NCBI GenBank assembly: GCA_963806225.1
Contig: CAWDXG010000001.1
Coordinates: forward strand, 128,001 to 192,000
DNA: 64,000 bases
Reading direction: 5' to 3'
Source of the DNA: an uncultured delta proteobacterium
GTDB lineage: Bacteria > Myxococcota_A > Polyangia > Polyangiales > Polyangiaceae
A model generated the notes under the pieces. It saw nothing but the letters and a program-made list of their open reading frames with translations. It had not been told where the DNA came from and searched no databases. Of the stretch, positions 30,641-40,167 are shown one piece after another. Every line of letters begins with the position of its first letter. Positions within the stretch are counted from its first letter, which is position 1. Made by a program: the position numbers and the translations under genes.

Positions 30641-32626
30641 ATGGCCTCGCGATCCAAAGGCTGCGTGTCGGCGGGTCTCGCCGCACTGCTGGTCACCTTC
30701 TCCCCCTATGCCGCCTTGGCGGCCACGCTTTCCTTCGGCGTTGTCTCGCCCGATGTCAAGGTGCGGCCGGGCGATACGCCGGCGACCGCGGCTTCGGCTG
30801 CGCTGCGTGCCGCGAAGAACGAGTTCGAGCCGTTCCAGATCGTGTTCACGAGCGCGGGCGGAGCCACCAGCGGCGTGTCGGTCAAGTTGTCGAAGAGCCT
30901 GACCGGTCCTGGCGGCGCGACGATTCCCGACAAGAACGTCGTCCTGTACGCCGAGCGCTACTACCAGGTCGGCACGGCCTCGAACTCCGAAGGTGCGGCC
31001 GGGCGCTGGCCGGATCCGCTCGTGCCCGACGTCGACACCTACTTCGGCGAGAAGCGCAATGCGTTCCCGTTCGACGTGCCGGGGACCGAGTCGCGCGCGG
31101 TGTGGGTGGACATCCTCGTGCCGGCCGCTGCAACTCCGGGCGACTATTCCGGCGAGCTCGAGATCGACGTGGGGGGCAAGCAGCAGGGCACCGTTCCGAT
31201 CGCGCTGCATGTGGGCAGCTTCTCGCTACCGTCGACGGCCACACTGGCGTCGGCGTTCGGTATGGACTGGTCGGCTCCATGCGTTGCCCACACAGGGACG
31301 AACTCCTGCGACACTTCCTGGAACGAGCCCAAGGCGAACGCGCTGCGCGAGCTGTACCTGCGTGCGGGGCTCGATCACCGCTTCACCATCTCGGACAGCG
31401 ACTACCAGCCGCCTTTCGGTGCCAGCCAGGCGCCCTACGAGCAGTATGTGATGCCGCTGGTCGACGGCACCGGCCCCACCCGGTTGAAGGGCGCCAAGCT
31501 CACGGCCATCCGCCTCGACGGTGGCGACTCGAGCGTCGGACAGTGGATCACGTACGCCAAATCCAAGGGCTTTTTCGATCGGCTGTTCTACTACCCGATT
31601 GACGAGCCCGGCTCGAACCAGAGCCAGTGGAACTCGCTCGTCGCCTCGGCGCAGGCGCTGCACGCCGCCGATGCGAACGCCCGCATCATCATCACCTCCG
31701 ACATCGACGAGGCGAACGCGGCCGGCGCCACGAACGACATCGACATCTTCGTGCCGGTCATCAACTACCTGGACGACAAGTCAGGCGGCAAGTACGCGGG
31801 CAACCAGCGATCGAAATACGACAGCTGGGTCTCGGGCAAGTCGAACCGCCGCTTGTGGTCGTACCAGTCGTGCATGTCGCACGGTTGCGGCAACTGCGGT
31901 GACCCGACCACGGACAGCTACTTCACCGGCTGGCCGCAGATGGTGATCGACTCGAGCGCGGTGCAGGATCGCGCGTTCCCCTGGGTCGCGTTCAATCTCG
32001 ACATCACGGGCGAGCTGTATTTTGCCACCGCGCACCAGCTGGCGACGGCCTGGGACCCGGACGGGCAGTGCGACTTCTCGGGATCGGGGGACGGCACGAT
32101 CTTCTATCCGGGCAAGCCGTCTATCATCGGCGGCACCAAGGACATCCCCATCGAGTCGATCCGGATGAAGCTGATTCGGGAGGGGATGGAGGACTACGAA
32201 TACCTCGTCCAGGCCGCCAAGAAGGACCCGGCCAAGGCCCACCAGATCGCGTCGACGCTGTTTCCGCACCCCTGGGACACGCACAAGCCGGCGGCCGACA
32301 TCGAGAAGGCCCGGGACACGCTGTTCGCCCTGCTCGACAGCCCATCCTCGGGGAGCGCCGGAGGAGCGAGCGGCAGCGGCGGCACAGCGGCAGCGGGTGG
32401 AGCGGGCGGCTCTGCCGCGGGGGGCAGCGGCGGCATCGACGGTGGAGCCGCGGCCGGAGGGGGAGGCGGCTCCGCGGGCGGGTCGGGAGCGTCGTCGGGT
32501 TCGAACAGCGGCGGCTGCGGCTGTCGCGCTGCGGGGAACCCGCTACGCGGCGATGTCTGGTGGGCGCTGTTTCCGATAGCATGGGGTGTGGTTCGGCGGC
32601 GGCGTGCCCGGCGTCGAGCGCATTAA
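30641..32626 (+). CDS. DUF4091-type glycoside hydrolase-like protein with MYXO-CTERM
   Basis: AAKNEFEPFQI, WPDPLVP, YYPIDEP, GDGTIFYPG, SIRMKLIREGMEDYEYL; C-terminal GGCGCR-TM-RRRR. Confidence 0.8.
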   Translation: MASRSKGCVSAGLAALLVTFSPYAALAATLSFGVVSPDVKVRPGDTPATAASAALRAAKNEFEPFQIVFTSAGGATSGVSVKLSKSLTGPGGATIPDKNVVLYAERYYQVGTASNSEGAAGRWPDPLVPDVDTYFGEKRNAFPFDVPGTESRAVWVDILVPAAATPGDYSGELEIDVGGKQQGTVPIALHVGSFSLPSTATLASAFGMDWSAPCVAHTGTNSCDTSWNEPKANALRELYLRAGLDHRFTISDSDYQPPFGASQAPYEQYVMPLVDGTGPTRLKGAKLTAIRLDGGDSSVGQWITYAKSKGFFDRLFYYPIDEPGSNQSQWNSLVASAQALHAADANARIIITSDIDEANAAGATNDIDIFVPVINYLDDKSGGKYAGNQRSKYDSWVSGKSNRRLWSYQSCMSHGCGNCGDPTTDSYFTGWPQMVIDSSAVQDRAFPWVAFNLDITGELYFATAHQLATAWDPDGQCDFSGSGDGTIFYPGKPSIIGGTKDIPIESIRMKLIREGMEDYEYLVQAAKKDPAKAHQIASTLFPHPWDTHKPAADIEKARDTLFALLDSPSSGSAGGASGSGGTAAAGGAGGSAAGGSGGIDGGAAAGGGGGSAGGSGASSGSNSGGCGCRAAGNPLRGDVWWALFPIAWGVVRRRRARRRAH

Positions 32627-32656
32627 CACGCGCACCCGGCGCGGCATCCATCGACT

Positions 32657-33364
32657 GTGAACCGCGTTACCACGATCCTGATCCCGTTGGCGACGGCCGT
32701 CCTCGGCGGCGTGGTCGGGGGGCTTATTACCCAACACAGTGCGGCGTCACCGGCCAAGGCGGTCCAGAGCGCCGATGCCAATTCCGTCGAGCCGGGCACG
32801 GACGGAACGTTGACCGATCGCGTGGCGGCGCTGGAGAGCCAGGTCGCCCGGCTCAAGCGCGAGAAGAATGCGATTGCCGCGCTGAGGGCGTACGGCTCCG
32901 CGATGGCCGCCAACCGGCGTCCCCCAGACGCGGGTGCGGCGCCGAGCACGGCGGTGGACGATCCCGTGTTCCAGACCGCCGTCGAGGACATCATCGACCG
33001 GACACGGCAGGAGAGGCGACAGCAGCGCATGCAGCGCTTCACCCAGCGCGTCAACGATCGTCTCACCAGCGAGCTCAAGCTCGATCCGGCGCAGCAGCAG
33101 AAGATAGCCCAGGCGATCCAGGACTTCATGCAGAAGGTCCGCGACATGTGGGAAAATCGCGACGCCGACGGCGGACTCGATCGCACTGCCCGGCGCCAAC
33201 AGATGCAGAAGCTCCGCGACGACGCGCGGAAGAAGATTTCGGGCTCGCTCCGCTCCGACCAGCTCGACAAGTTCCAGAGCATGGATCGCGTGTTGCCGTT
33301 CGGAGGCCGGGGTGGGCGCCGCGGCGGCGGCAACGGCGGCGGCAACCCCCAGCAGCAGCAGTAG
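32657..33364 (+). CDS. Membrane-anchored helical protein with LTXXQ-like segments
   Basis: N-terminal TM, coiled coil, ELKLDPAQQQKI. Confidence 0.55.
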   Translation: MNRVTTILIPLATAVLGGVVGGLITQHSAASPAKAVQSADANSVEPGTDGTLTDRVAALESQVARLKREKNAIAALRAYGSAMAANRRPPDAGAAPSTAVDDPVFQTAVEDIIDRTRQERRQQRMQRFTQRVNDRLTSELKLDPAQQQKIAQAIQDFMQKVRDMWENRDADGGLDRTARRQQMQKLRDDARKKISGSLRSDQLDKFQSMDRVLPFGGRGGRRGGGNGGGNPQQQQ

Positions 33365-33421
33365 GCGACCGCGACGCGACGCCCCCGATCCGGATTCGAT
33401 CCGCGTGGTACTCTGCTTCGT

Positions 33422-34630
33422 ATGCGGTTCGTTTTCCTGCTGGGTCTGTTGAGTTGTGCAGCGCTGCCGACCGTCGCGGCGTGCGGTTCCAGCGGCAACA
33501 GCGGCGGCGGTGGCGGCGGAATGCCGGATGCCGGCAGCGACACCGGCGCCGGCGGAACCGGGGGCATCGGTGCAGGCGGCGGGACGGCCGGGAATGGAGG
33601 CGCTGCGGGCACAGGGGGCAACGCGGGTACGGGCGGCAGCGCGGGTGCGGGCGGCAGCGCGGGCAGCGGCGGCTCGACGGGGGTTCCGCCCGCCGGCTGG
33701 CTCTACACGAGCGGCAGCCAGATCCTGCAATCGAACGGCAAGACGGGCACGGCGTGGATGGGCCGCGGCGTGAACACCGACGACATCTTCCTGTGCGAGT
33801 ACAACTACCAGCTCTGGATGTCGTCCGCCGGGTCGGAGCAAGCGCTCACGAGCATGCTGTCGGGCCTGATCACCGACTGGAAGCCGAACTTCATCCGCAT
33901 CTCGCTCAGCATGGCGTCCGACCCGGTGACGACGAGCTGGCTCTCGAACCCGGCGCAGTACAAGACGCCGATGACGAACGTGATCAACGGTCTCGGCGCG
34001 AACGCGGGCGTCTACGTGCTGGTCACGCTGCGTAGTGACGCGTCGATGGGCATGCAGGATCAGGTGGACGGCGACCCCGAAGCAACGGGCATCCCCACCA
34101 GCGGCACCAACGTCACGTACCGGGCGCTCGTGGACACGTTCGCGAACAAGAGCTTCGTGCTGTTCGGGATCTCGAACGAGCCCGGAGGCAACAAGCAGTC
34201 GAACGCCACGATCAGGTCCGCCATGGACCACGCCGTCGGCGTGATCCGCGCCGAAGAGGACAAGCTCGGAGTGCCGCACCACATTGTGAGCGTGCAGGGC
34301 AACGGCTGGACGAGCGATATCTCGTTCTACGCGAACGCGCCGCTCTCGTACGACAACGTCGTCTACGAGGTGCACGGCTACCCCCCGCCCGCCAGCTCCT
34401 ACACCTACGCCAACCTGCCGGTGATCGTCGGCGAGTACGGCAGCCTGCCGGATGCCAAGGCATTCTACCAGGACGTCGAGCAGAAGCAGATCCCGAACCT
34501 GGCATGGGACTTCGACGCGTTCAGCGACTGCGCTCCCGATCTGCTGACGGTGACCCACGACGCGTCCACCCTGACGCCGACCGCGTGGGGCAACACGGTC
34601 AAGAGCTACCTGCTCGCGCACGCACCGTGA
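33422..34630 (+). CDS. GH5 (cellulase family) lipoprotein
   Basis: Lipobox VAAC, Gly linker, GRGVN, NFIRI, ISNEP acid/base, YEVHGY, IVGEYG nucleophile, LAWDF. Confidence 0.85.
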   Translation: MRFVFLLGLLSCAALPTVAACGSSGNSGGGGGGMPDAGSDTGAGGTGGIGAGGGTAGNGGAAGTGGNAGTGGSAGAGGSAGSGGSTGVPPAGWLYTSGSQILQSNGKTGTAWMGRGVNTDDIFLCEYNYQLWMSSAGSEQALTSMLSGLITDWKPNFIRISLSMASDPVTTSWLSNPAQYKTPMTNVINGLGANAGVYVLVTLRSDASMGMQDQVDGDPEATGIPTSGTNVTYRALVDTFANKSFVLFGISNEPGGNKQSNATIRSAMDHAVGVIRAEEDKLGVPHHIVSVQGNGWTSDISFYANAPLSYDNVVYEVHGYPPPASSYTYANLPVIVGEYGSLPDAKAFYQDVEQKQIPNLAWDFDAFSDCAPDLLTVTHDASTLTPTAWGNTVKSYLLAHAP

Positions 34631-34720
34631 CGCCCCACGCGGCCGCTCGGCGCCGGCGCCTCGGTGGTCGGTCGGTTCTAGAGCCTGGACAAGCATACGC
34701 CCCGCGCGCACCATCGAGGC

Positions 34721-36157
34721 GTGCGTCGGCTCGCGGTATGGCTTGCTCTGGCACTCGCAGTGCTCTGGCCCGGCGTGGCGCGCGCCGGCGACACCTGGAC
34801 CACGCCCTATGACGGCGTGCGCCACCTGCACCGCACAACGTCCAGCCCGGTGTGGAACATCCACGCGCTGATCATCGACCTGACCGTGCCGGGGGTGCAT
34901 CTCGAAGCGACGAAATCGTCGCAGCGCAAGCGCACCACTTCCAGCTACCTCAAGCTCGTGGGCGCGCAGGCCGCCGTCAACGGCGACCTGTTCTCCTACT
35001 CCACCTACGGCACCTCGGGCCTGGCAGCTGGCGGCGGCGCACAGTGGTCCGACACCAAGGACAGCACATCCGAGGGCAGCGTCGTCTTCGACAAGCTGAC
35101 CGACCGCGTCGAGATCCACAAGCCGCCCGAGGTCATCAGCTTCGACTCGAGTTGGATGGAGGGAGCGGTCTCCGGGCGCCCGCTTCTGGTCGACGCCGGC
35201 GCGGTGCCGTCGAGCTTCAGCGCGTACGGCGCGTTCTGCACGGGACGCAACCCCCGCACCAGCGCCGGACTGACCCAGGACGGCTCCCAGTTGATCCTGG
35301 CAGTGGTCGACGGCCGGCAGTCGTCGAGCGTCGGCATGACGTGCACCGAGCTCGGCAACCTGCAGAAGGATCTGGGTGCATACGAAGCGCTGAACCTGGA
35401 CGGTGGGGGTTCGTCCACCATGGTTGTCAGCGGTCTGGGCGTGGTGAATTCACCCTCCGACGGCAGCGAGCGCACGGTCGCCAATCACCTCGCCGTGTTC
35501 GCGCCGCCGTCCGGCACGGTCGCGACGCTGCAAGGCGCCGTCTTCGAGAACCCCGATCCGACGCACGTGCTGGCGGGCGCCAAGGTCGCGATCGCGGGTG
35601 GAGCCAGCGACACCACGGACTCGACCGGCGCCTACCGGATCCTCGTCCAGCCAGGCAGCTACACGCTGACCGCGACGCTCTCCGGCTACGTATCGGCTTC
35701 GGTCACCCGGACCGTCGCCGCCGGCGCTACCGTCACGGCCGACATCGGGCTCGATCCCTCGTCGACGGCCACCGACGGGGATGGGGACGGCGTGGTCGAC
35801 GCCAAGGACAACTGCATCGACCAGCCCAATCCCGATCAGCTCGACACCGACGGCGATGGCCAGGGCAACGCCTGCGACGGTGACGACGACGGCGACGGCG
35901 TGTTCGACGAGGACGACAACTGCCCGCTGGTCGCCAACGCCGATCAGACCGATACCGATGGCAACGGCGTCGGGGATGCCTGTGAAGGCACCGACGGCGG
36001 GGCCGGATCGGGGGGTATCCAGCAGCACACACGCGTGCTGGGCAGCGACCCGGGCTGCAACTGCCGGCTCGCACCCCCGCACGGTCCGGCCGGCACGCCT
36101 TGGCTGCTGTCGGTCTGGGCGCTCCTCGCCTGGCGGCGGCGGCGCCGGCGGAGCTAG
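34721..36157 (+). CDS. Phosphodiester glycosidase (NAGPA-like) with Ig-like domain, TSP3 repeats and MYXO-CTERM
   Basis: [56 protein letters not shown] repeats; GCNCR-TM-RRRRRR. Confidence 0.88.
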   Translation: MRRLAVWLALALAVLWPGVARAGDTWTTPYDGVRHLHRTTSSPVWNIHALIIDLTVPGVHLEATKSSQRKRTTSSYLKLVGAQAAVNGDLFSYSTYGTSGLAAGGGAQWSDTKDSTSEGSVVFDKLTDRVEIHKPPEVISFDSSWMEGAVSGRPLLVDAGAVPSSFSAYGAFCTGRNPRTSAGLTQDGSQLILAVVDGRQSSSVGMTCTELGNLQKDLGAYEALNLDGGGSSTMVVSGLGVVNSPSDGSERTVANHLAVFAPPSGTVATLQGAVFENPDPTHVLAGAKVAIAGGASDTTDSTGAYRILVQPGSYTLTATLSGYVSASVTRTVAAGATVTADIGLDPSSTATDGDGDGVVDAKDNCIDQPNPDQLDTDGDGQGNACDGDDDGDGVFDEDDNCPLVANADQTDTDGNGVGDACEGTDGGAGSGGIQQHTRVLGSDPGCNCRLAPPHGPAGTPWLLSVWALLAWRRRRRRS

Positions 36158-36197
36158 AGCCCGGGATCATCGCGCCTGGCGCACCTCGTGCGTGGGG

Positions 36198-36823
36198 CTA
36201 CATCGGCGCGATGGACGCGCTCTTGCCGCTGACCTTCATACGGTACATCCACAGCTGACCCACTTGCCGTTCTTGTTGCGGTACACCGTGGGCGCCCAGA
36301 AGCCGGAGCTCGCCTTCTTCCACGGAGCCGAGCCGAGCGCGGTGTCCACCTTGCTCCAGCTGAGGAGGTCCTTCGACGAACGCCGCCGCACCGTCCCGCC
36401 GGTCGCGAACGCGAAGTACGTATCGCCGCGCCGCACGATGAACGGATCCGCCCAGCCCGTCGCGAACACGGGATTGGACGGCACGCGGCAGCACGACGCG
36501 CAGTCCGACGAGGCCAGGTTCACGAGCCCCGCACAGTCCGCCGCCGCCGCGCCGCAGCGATCGCCGCCGGCCTGCTTGCAGGTGACGGAAACGGAACCGC
36601 CGGCGCCACTGCTCCCCGCCGCACCGCCCATTCCCGCGGAGCCCCCGGAGCCCGCCGTGCCTCCCGCGCCGCCAGCGTCGCTCGCATCGGTCGCGCCACC
36701 GTCCTGTGACGCGCCGGCTGCGCCCGCGGCTCCGCCCGCGCTGGACGCAGGCGGACCAGCCTCGCCAGACGAGCAACCGATCAGGAGCAGAGCGGCAAGT
36801 AAGAAAGCGCGACGCAGTGACAT
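36198..36823 (-). pseudogene. GH43 lipoprotein, internally deleted or truncated
   Basis: Lipobox LLIGC; NPVFATGWADPFIVRRGDTYFAFAT..SKDLLSW..FWAPTV then a stop; only about one blade of the five-bladed propeller present. Confidence 0.7.
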
Positions 36824-36879
36824 CGACGACCAGCGTATCCGGACTGCACACGAGGGCAACTAGTGTGCAGTACGAGCGC

Positions 36880-37010
36880 GTAATCCGGATGAACGCCCTC
36901 GCGTCGAGCCCGGGCTGCGCGACGTCAACCCGGCCGACGGCGTCTACGACTGGGCGAGCGTCGACACCATCGTCGATGCCGTGCACGCCATGGGGCCCGG
37001 CGCAGGCTTC
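36880..37010 (+). pseudogene. Glycoside hydrolase (clan A-like) fragment
   Basis: Reads DVNPADGVYDWASVDTIVDAVHAMG, a G.YDW..D..V motif, with no intact ORF. Confidence 0.35.
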
Positions 37011-37100
37011 GGCCTGTGGCCCGGGTACGGCGCCTACCGCTCAGGGCGCCGTTTGCCCCCACGAGGCTCTGCAAGCTGTCCGGGGATCGTGCTCGCTGAT

Positions 37101-37913
37101 CTAGAACCGCATCGAGGCGAAGCCCATCGCTCCGCCCGGAAGTGGAGTCACGCCGATGGATGGCAGGCGCACTCTTGCCAAGCGATTCGCGTCGGACTTC
37201 ATCGTCCGATAGGCCTGCCATGAGGACTCTTCCAGGCTCCATTCGAGCAGGAGCCGCACGCTGATTGTGGTGACTGGTGCCCCGGTACCCATCAGCACGC
37301 CGCCCCAGGTGTATTGCGCTTTGCGCGACATCCCCAAGACACCTTCGTGCGCGAGCAACAGGCCCAAGCCCGCGGCCAGTGTGACCGCGCCGCCAACCAA
37401 CATCGTGGTTCCCACCACGATCCGCTTGCGGCGGCTGCTTTCCGCGGCCTGCCGCCACTCGTTCTCGATCTCGCGGATCGTGGCCTTGCTCTGGGCGTTC
37501 GCGGGCCTGCTCCGGAACTTGTCGTGAATTTCATCCATCCGCGTGGGGATCAGCAGCAGTGGCACCGAGGCGAGTTGCGCGGAGCCGCCGACGATCATGC
37601 CGATCACCAGCGCTCGAGAGACGCCGTCGGACCGTCCGAGGAGCACGATGCCCGACGGGACGAGCGCTGACCCGACCCCCAGCCCGGTCAGCGCCGAGGC
37701 CAAGCGTGTGCGGTTTGCCTCCGCGGCGTAGAGATCAAGCTCCGCACCGAGACGCTGCAGATCCACTGCAACCGACTGTGGCTGACCCTCGGGCTTGCCC
37801 GCGCTCGAATCCGACTTTTTCCGGGGTTCGTCCTCGGCCGAAGCGCGCGTCGTCGAACCGAGAGCAATGGAGCACGCGAGCAGACCAACAACCGCGCGGT
37901 GACCAACACGCAT
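37101..37913 (-). CDS. Secreted/membrane hypothetical protein
   Basis: Signal peptide, Gly-rich hydrophobic hairpins, C-terminal GVTPLPGGAMGFASMRF. Confidence 0.6.
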   Translation of the reverse strand: MRVGHRAVVGLLACSIALGSTTRASAEDEPRKKSDSSAGKPEGQPQSVAVDLQRLGAELDLYAAEANRTRLASALTGLGVGSALVPSGIVLLGRSDGVSRALVIGMIVGGSAQLASVPLLLIPTRMDEIHDKFRSRPANAQSKATIREIENEWRQAAESSRRKRIVVGTTMLVGGAVTLAAGLGLLLAHEGVLGMSRKAQYTWGGVLMGTGAPVTTISVRLLLEWSLEESSWQAYRTMKSDANRLARVRLPSIGVTPLPGGAMGFASMRF

Positions 37914-38100
37914 ACTGTGCGCGTATCACGATTGCGCCGCATGATCCTGCAAATGGTAGGGAGCCGGGGCAATGCGAGCGCGCCCGCCGTCAGTCCCGCA
38001 ACAAGCTGCGGGTGGCGGTGCGGCAGCCGCGCGTCTATTGCCCGACCAGCCAGCCCACGGCCGCGCTCGCCCCGATCTCTTTATCGCCCGGATCTGGGCT

Positions 38101-39075
38101 ATGCCGTCAGCGCCGATGCTGTCCGACCCCCGCCACCAGAACGAGCCGTTTCCGTACTTCCGCTGCGATCGCGCTTTTGCATCGGAAGCGTGCGCGGGCT
38201 TCGAGGAGCTGTTCGCCGCCGGGGCAGCCTGGCAGGCGCGTGACGATTCGTTCTACAGCTGCTTCCTGCGCGACGTCACGGCGGAGCTCCCCGCGGAGCT
38301 GCTGCTCGACGCGGCCGCCCGCATGCGCGCGATCACCGGGCTACCCCTGACCGACCAGGTCGTGGTCAGCGCCCAGCGCATGGATCCCGGGCAGGTGGTG
38401 GGCGTGCACAGCGATCGGCCGTTGCTCGGCTACGAGGCAGCGCGGGTGGTGCTGCAGCTGAACCGCGGCTGGCGCCGCGAACACGGAGGACTGCTCGAGC
38501 TCTACGACTCGCCGGAAGGTCTGCCGGTCGCAGAGGTGGAGCCCGTGTACAACGCGGCCTTCGGGTTCGTGCTGCATGAAGGGTCGTATCACGGTGTTGC
38601 GCGGGTGAGCCGGACGCGGCGTTCGCTCGTGTTCAACTTCTGGCACGTGGCGAACACTCCGGAGCTGGCTGATGCCGTGGGTGCGCTCTTTGCCGACCTG
38701 CACTTCTCGGAGCTGCCCGCGGCGCTTGATCCGGTCGCCACCGAGGCCGAGTCGCAACTGCCGGAGGACGTCACGTTCCGGGCCAGCCTGACGGCGCTGG
38801 CCCTGCACCGCTGGGGTTACGACGCCGCCGCGGTCGTCAGCGGTTATCGCTTCGGTGCGGGGCTTGCTCCCGCCGCCGCCGACATCGCGGACGCCGCCGT
38901 GGACGAGCGGGGCGCCGCGGTTCGTCTGGCGGACTGGGTCGCGCGCCTGAAGACCGGGTGCTTCGATCTGCAGCGATGGCAGGAGCTCCGGCGCACCCTC
39001 GCCGGCGCGCCGCCGCCACCACGCCTGCTGCCGCTCTGGAACCTCTGTCTGCCCGCCGATCGCGCGCGCGGCTGA
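38101..39075 (+). CDS. 2OG-Fe(II) oxygenase with C-terminal helical extension
   Basis: EPFPY, GVHSD (HxD), LQLNRGW..EHGGLLEL, SYHGV (distal His), RRSLVF (RxS). Confidence 0.85.
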   Translation: MPSAPMLSDPRHQNEPFPYFRCDRAFASEACAGFEELFAAGAAWQARDDSFYSCFLRDVTAELPAELLLDAAARMRAITGLPLTDQVVVSAQRMDPGQVVGVHSDRPLLGYEAARVVLQLNRGWRREHGGLLELYDSPEGLPVAEVEPVYNAAFGFVLHEGSYHGVARVSRTRRSLVFNFWHVANTPELADAVGALFADLHFSELPAALDPVATEAESQLPEDVTFRASLTALALHRWGYDAAAVVSGYRFGAGLAPAAADIADAAVDERGAAVRLADWVARLKTGCFDLQRWQELRRTLAGAPPPPRLLPLWNLCLPADRARG

Positions 39076-39703
39076 GCAGGGCCACGGTGCCCCAGGCCGT
39101 AGCGTCCTTCGCGATCTGGATGGGCGCCGTGTCCACCGCAGCGAGGCTCGACGAGAAGCGCTGTGCGAACACCGAAGCGGTGTTCGCGTTCGTCTCGGTC
39201 CAGGTCGCGACCAGGCTTGCCCCATCGGGTGCCAGGGCGACCTGATCCACCCCATCCACGGCGCTGCGGAGGACCACGGGCGACGCCGCCTGGTTGGTGG
39301 CGTCGATGCGCGCGGCGGAAACATGCGTGGGATCACCCCATGCCACGAGGAAGTGCGCCCCGTCGAAGGCGACGTCCGGAGCCTTCGCGGACGTCGTACC
39401 GAGAGGCGCGGCCCCCTGTTTGCGGGTGCCATCCGCCGCGACCCGCGTGAGATGGATCCCGCCGCCGCCTTCGAGCTCGAAGGCGACCAGGAAGCCGCCA
39501 GTCGTGTTCGAGGCGAGGCGCGGGTTCACGCCGGGAACGGGCGAGTAGGTCGGAGCGGCGATGGGTAGCGCCGGACCGATCTGCGGCGTGCCCGAAGTGC
39601 GTTGGCGAGCGCTGGCCAGCGGCTCGTGCCCTGCGCTGCCGCAACCCAGAGCCACAACAGCGAGCGCGACGGCACCGAAGCGAAGCAACGATCCCTTTCC
39701 CAC
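39076..39703 (-). pseudogene. Truncated myxobacterial lipoprotein with PxVAFDGxxFLVAW repeats
   Basis: Lipobox VALGC, repeats PRLASNTTGGFLVAF and PDVAFDGAHFLVAW; protein-like sequence ends where the convergent oxygenase stops. Confidence 0.55.
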
Positions 39704-39835
39704 AGGATCATCCTGGAGCAGCGCGGCGCACCCTGCTACGCGCCGCGCTGGAGCCGTCTCCGCGCGACAATTCCCCTCATCTATTGCGTGACACCTGTTC
39801 AGCAGACTCGTACCAGCGGCCGTGGGACAGGATGC

Positions 39836-40120
39836 CTAGAGCCACAAGCCCACGGCCGCGCTCGCCCCGACCGAAAGCGCCAGGACCACGCCCATCCACG
39901 CCATGCCGCGCACGACACCGCCCAGGGAGCGGCGGGTGCGGATGAAGTGGATGGGGATGCAGATCGGGTTGAACACGACGACCGCGACCCAGAAGCTCGC
40001 GTCGTTCCAGGCGCGCTCCTGTTGGTCTGGTGGAAGTCGTCGCATGTCGCGCCGGAGCACCCACCAGGTGAGCAGGATGCCGAGCGCGAGCTGGAGCGAG
40101 AACTGGACGACGGCGGCCAA
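39836..40120 (-). CDS. Small membrane protein
   Basis: 94 aa, three hydrophobic segments. Confidence 0.6.
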   Translation of the reverse strand: MAAVVQFSLQLALGILLTWWVLRRDMRRLPPDQQERAWNDASFWVAVVVFNPICIPIHFIRTRRSLGGVVRGMAWMGVVLALSVGASAAVGLWL

Positions 40121-40167
40121 GGCCAGACTTCACAGGCGATCGCGCGCCGGAACGGACGCACGCGGAC

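Noticed and set aside
32068..35119. Long alternative-frame ORFs (for example 32068-34035 +, 32747-35119 -, 1186-2745 -, 49830-51890 -)
   Set aside because: Arg/Ala/Pro-rich shadow ORFs typical of high-GC DNA, overlapping well-supported genes.
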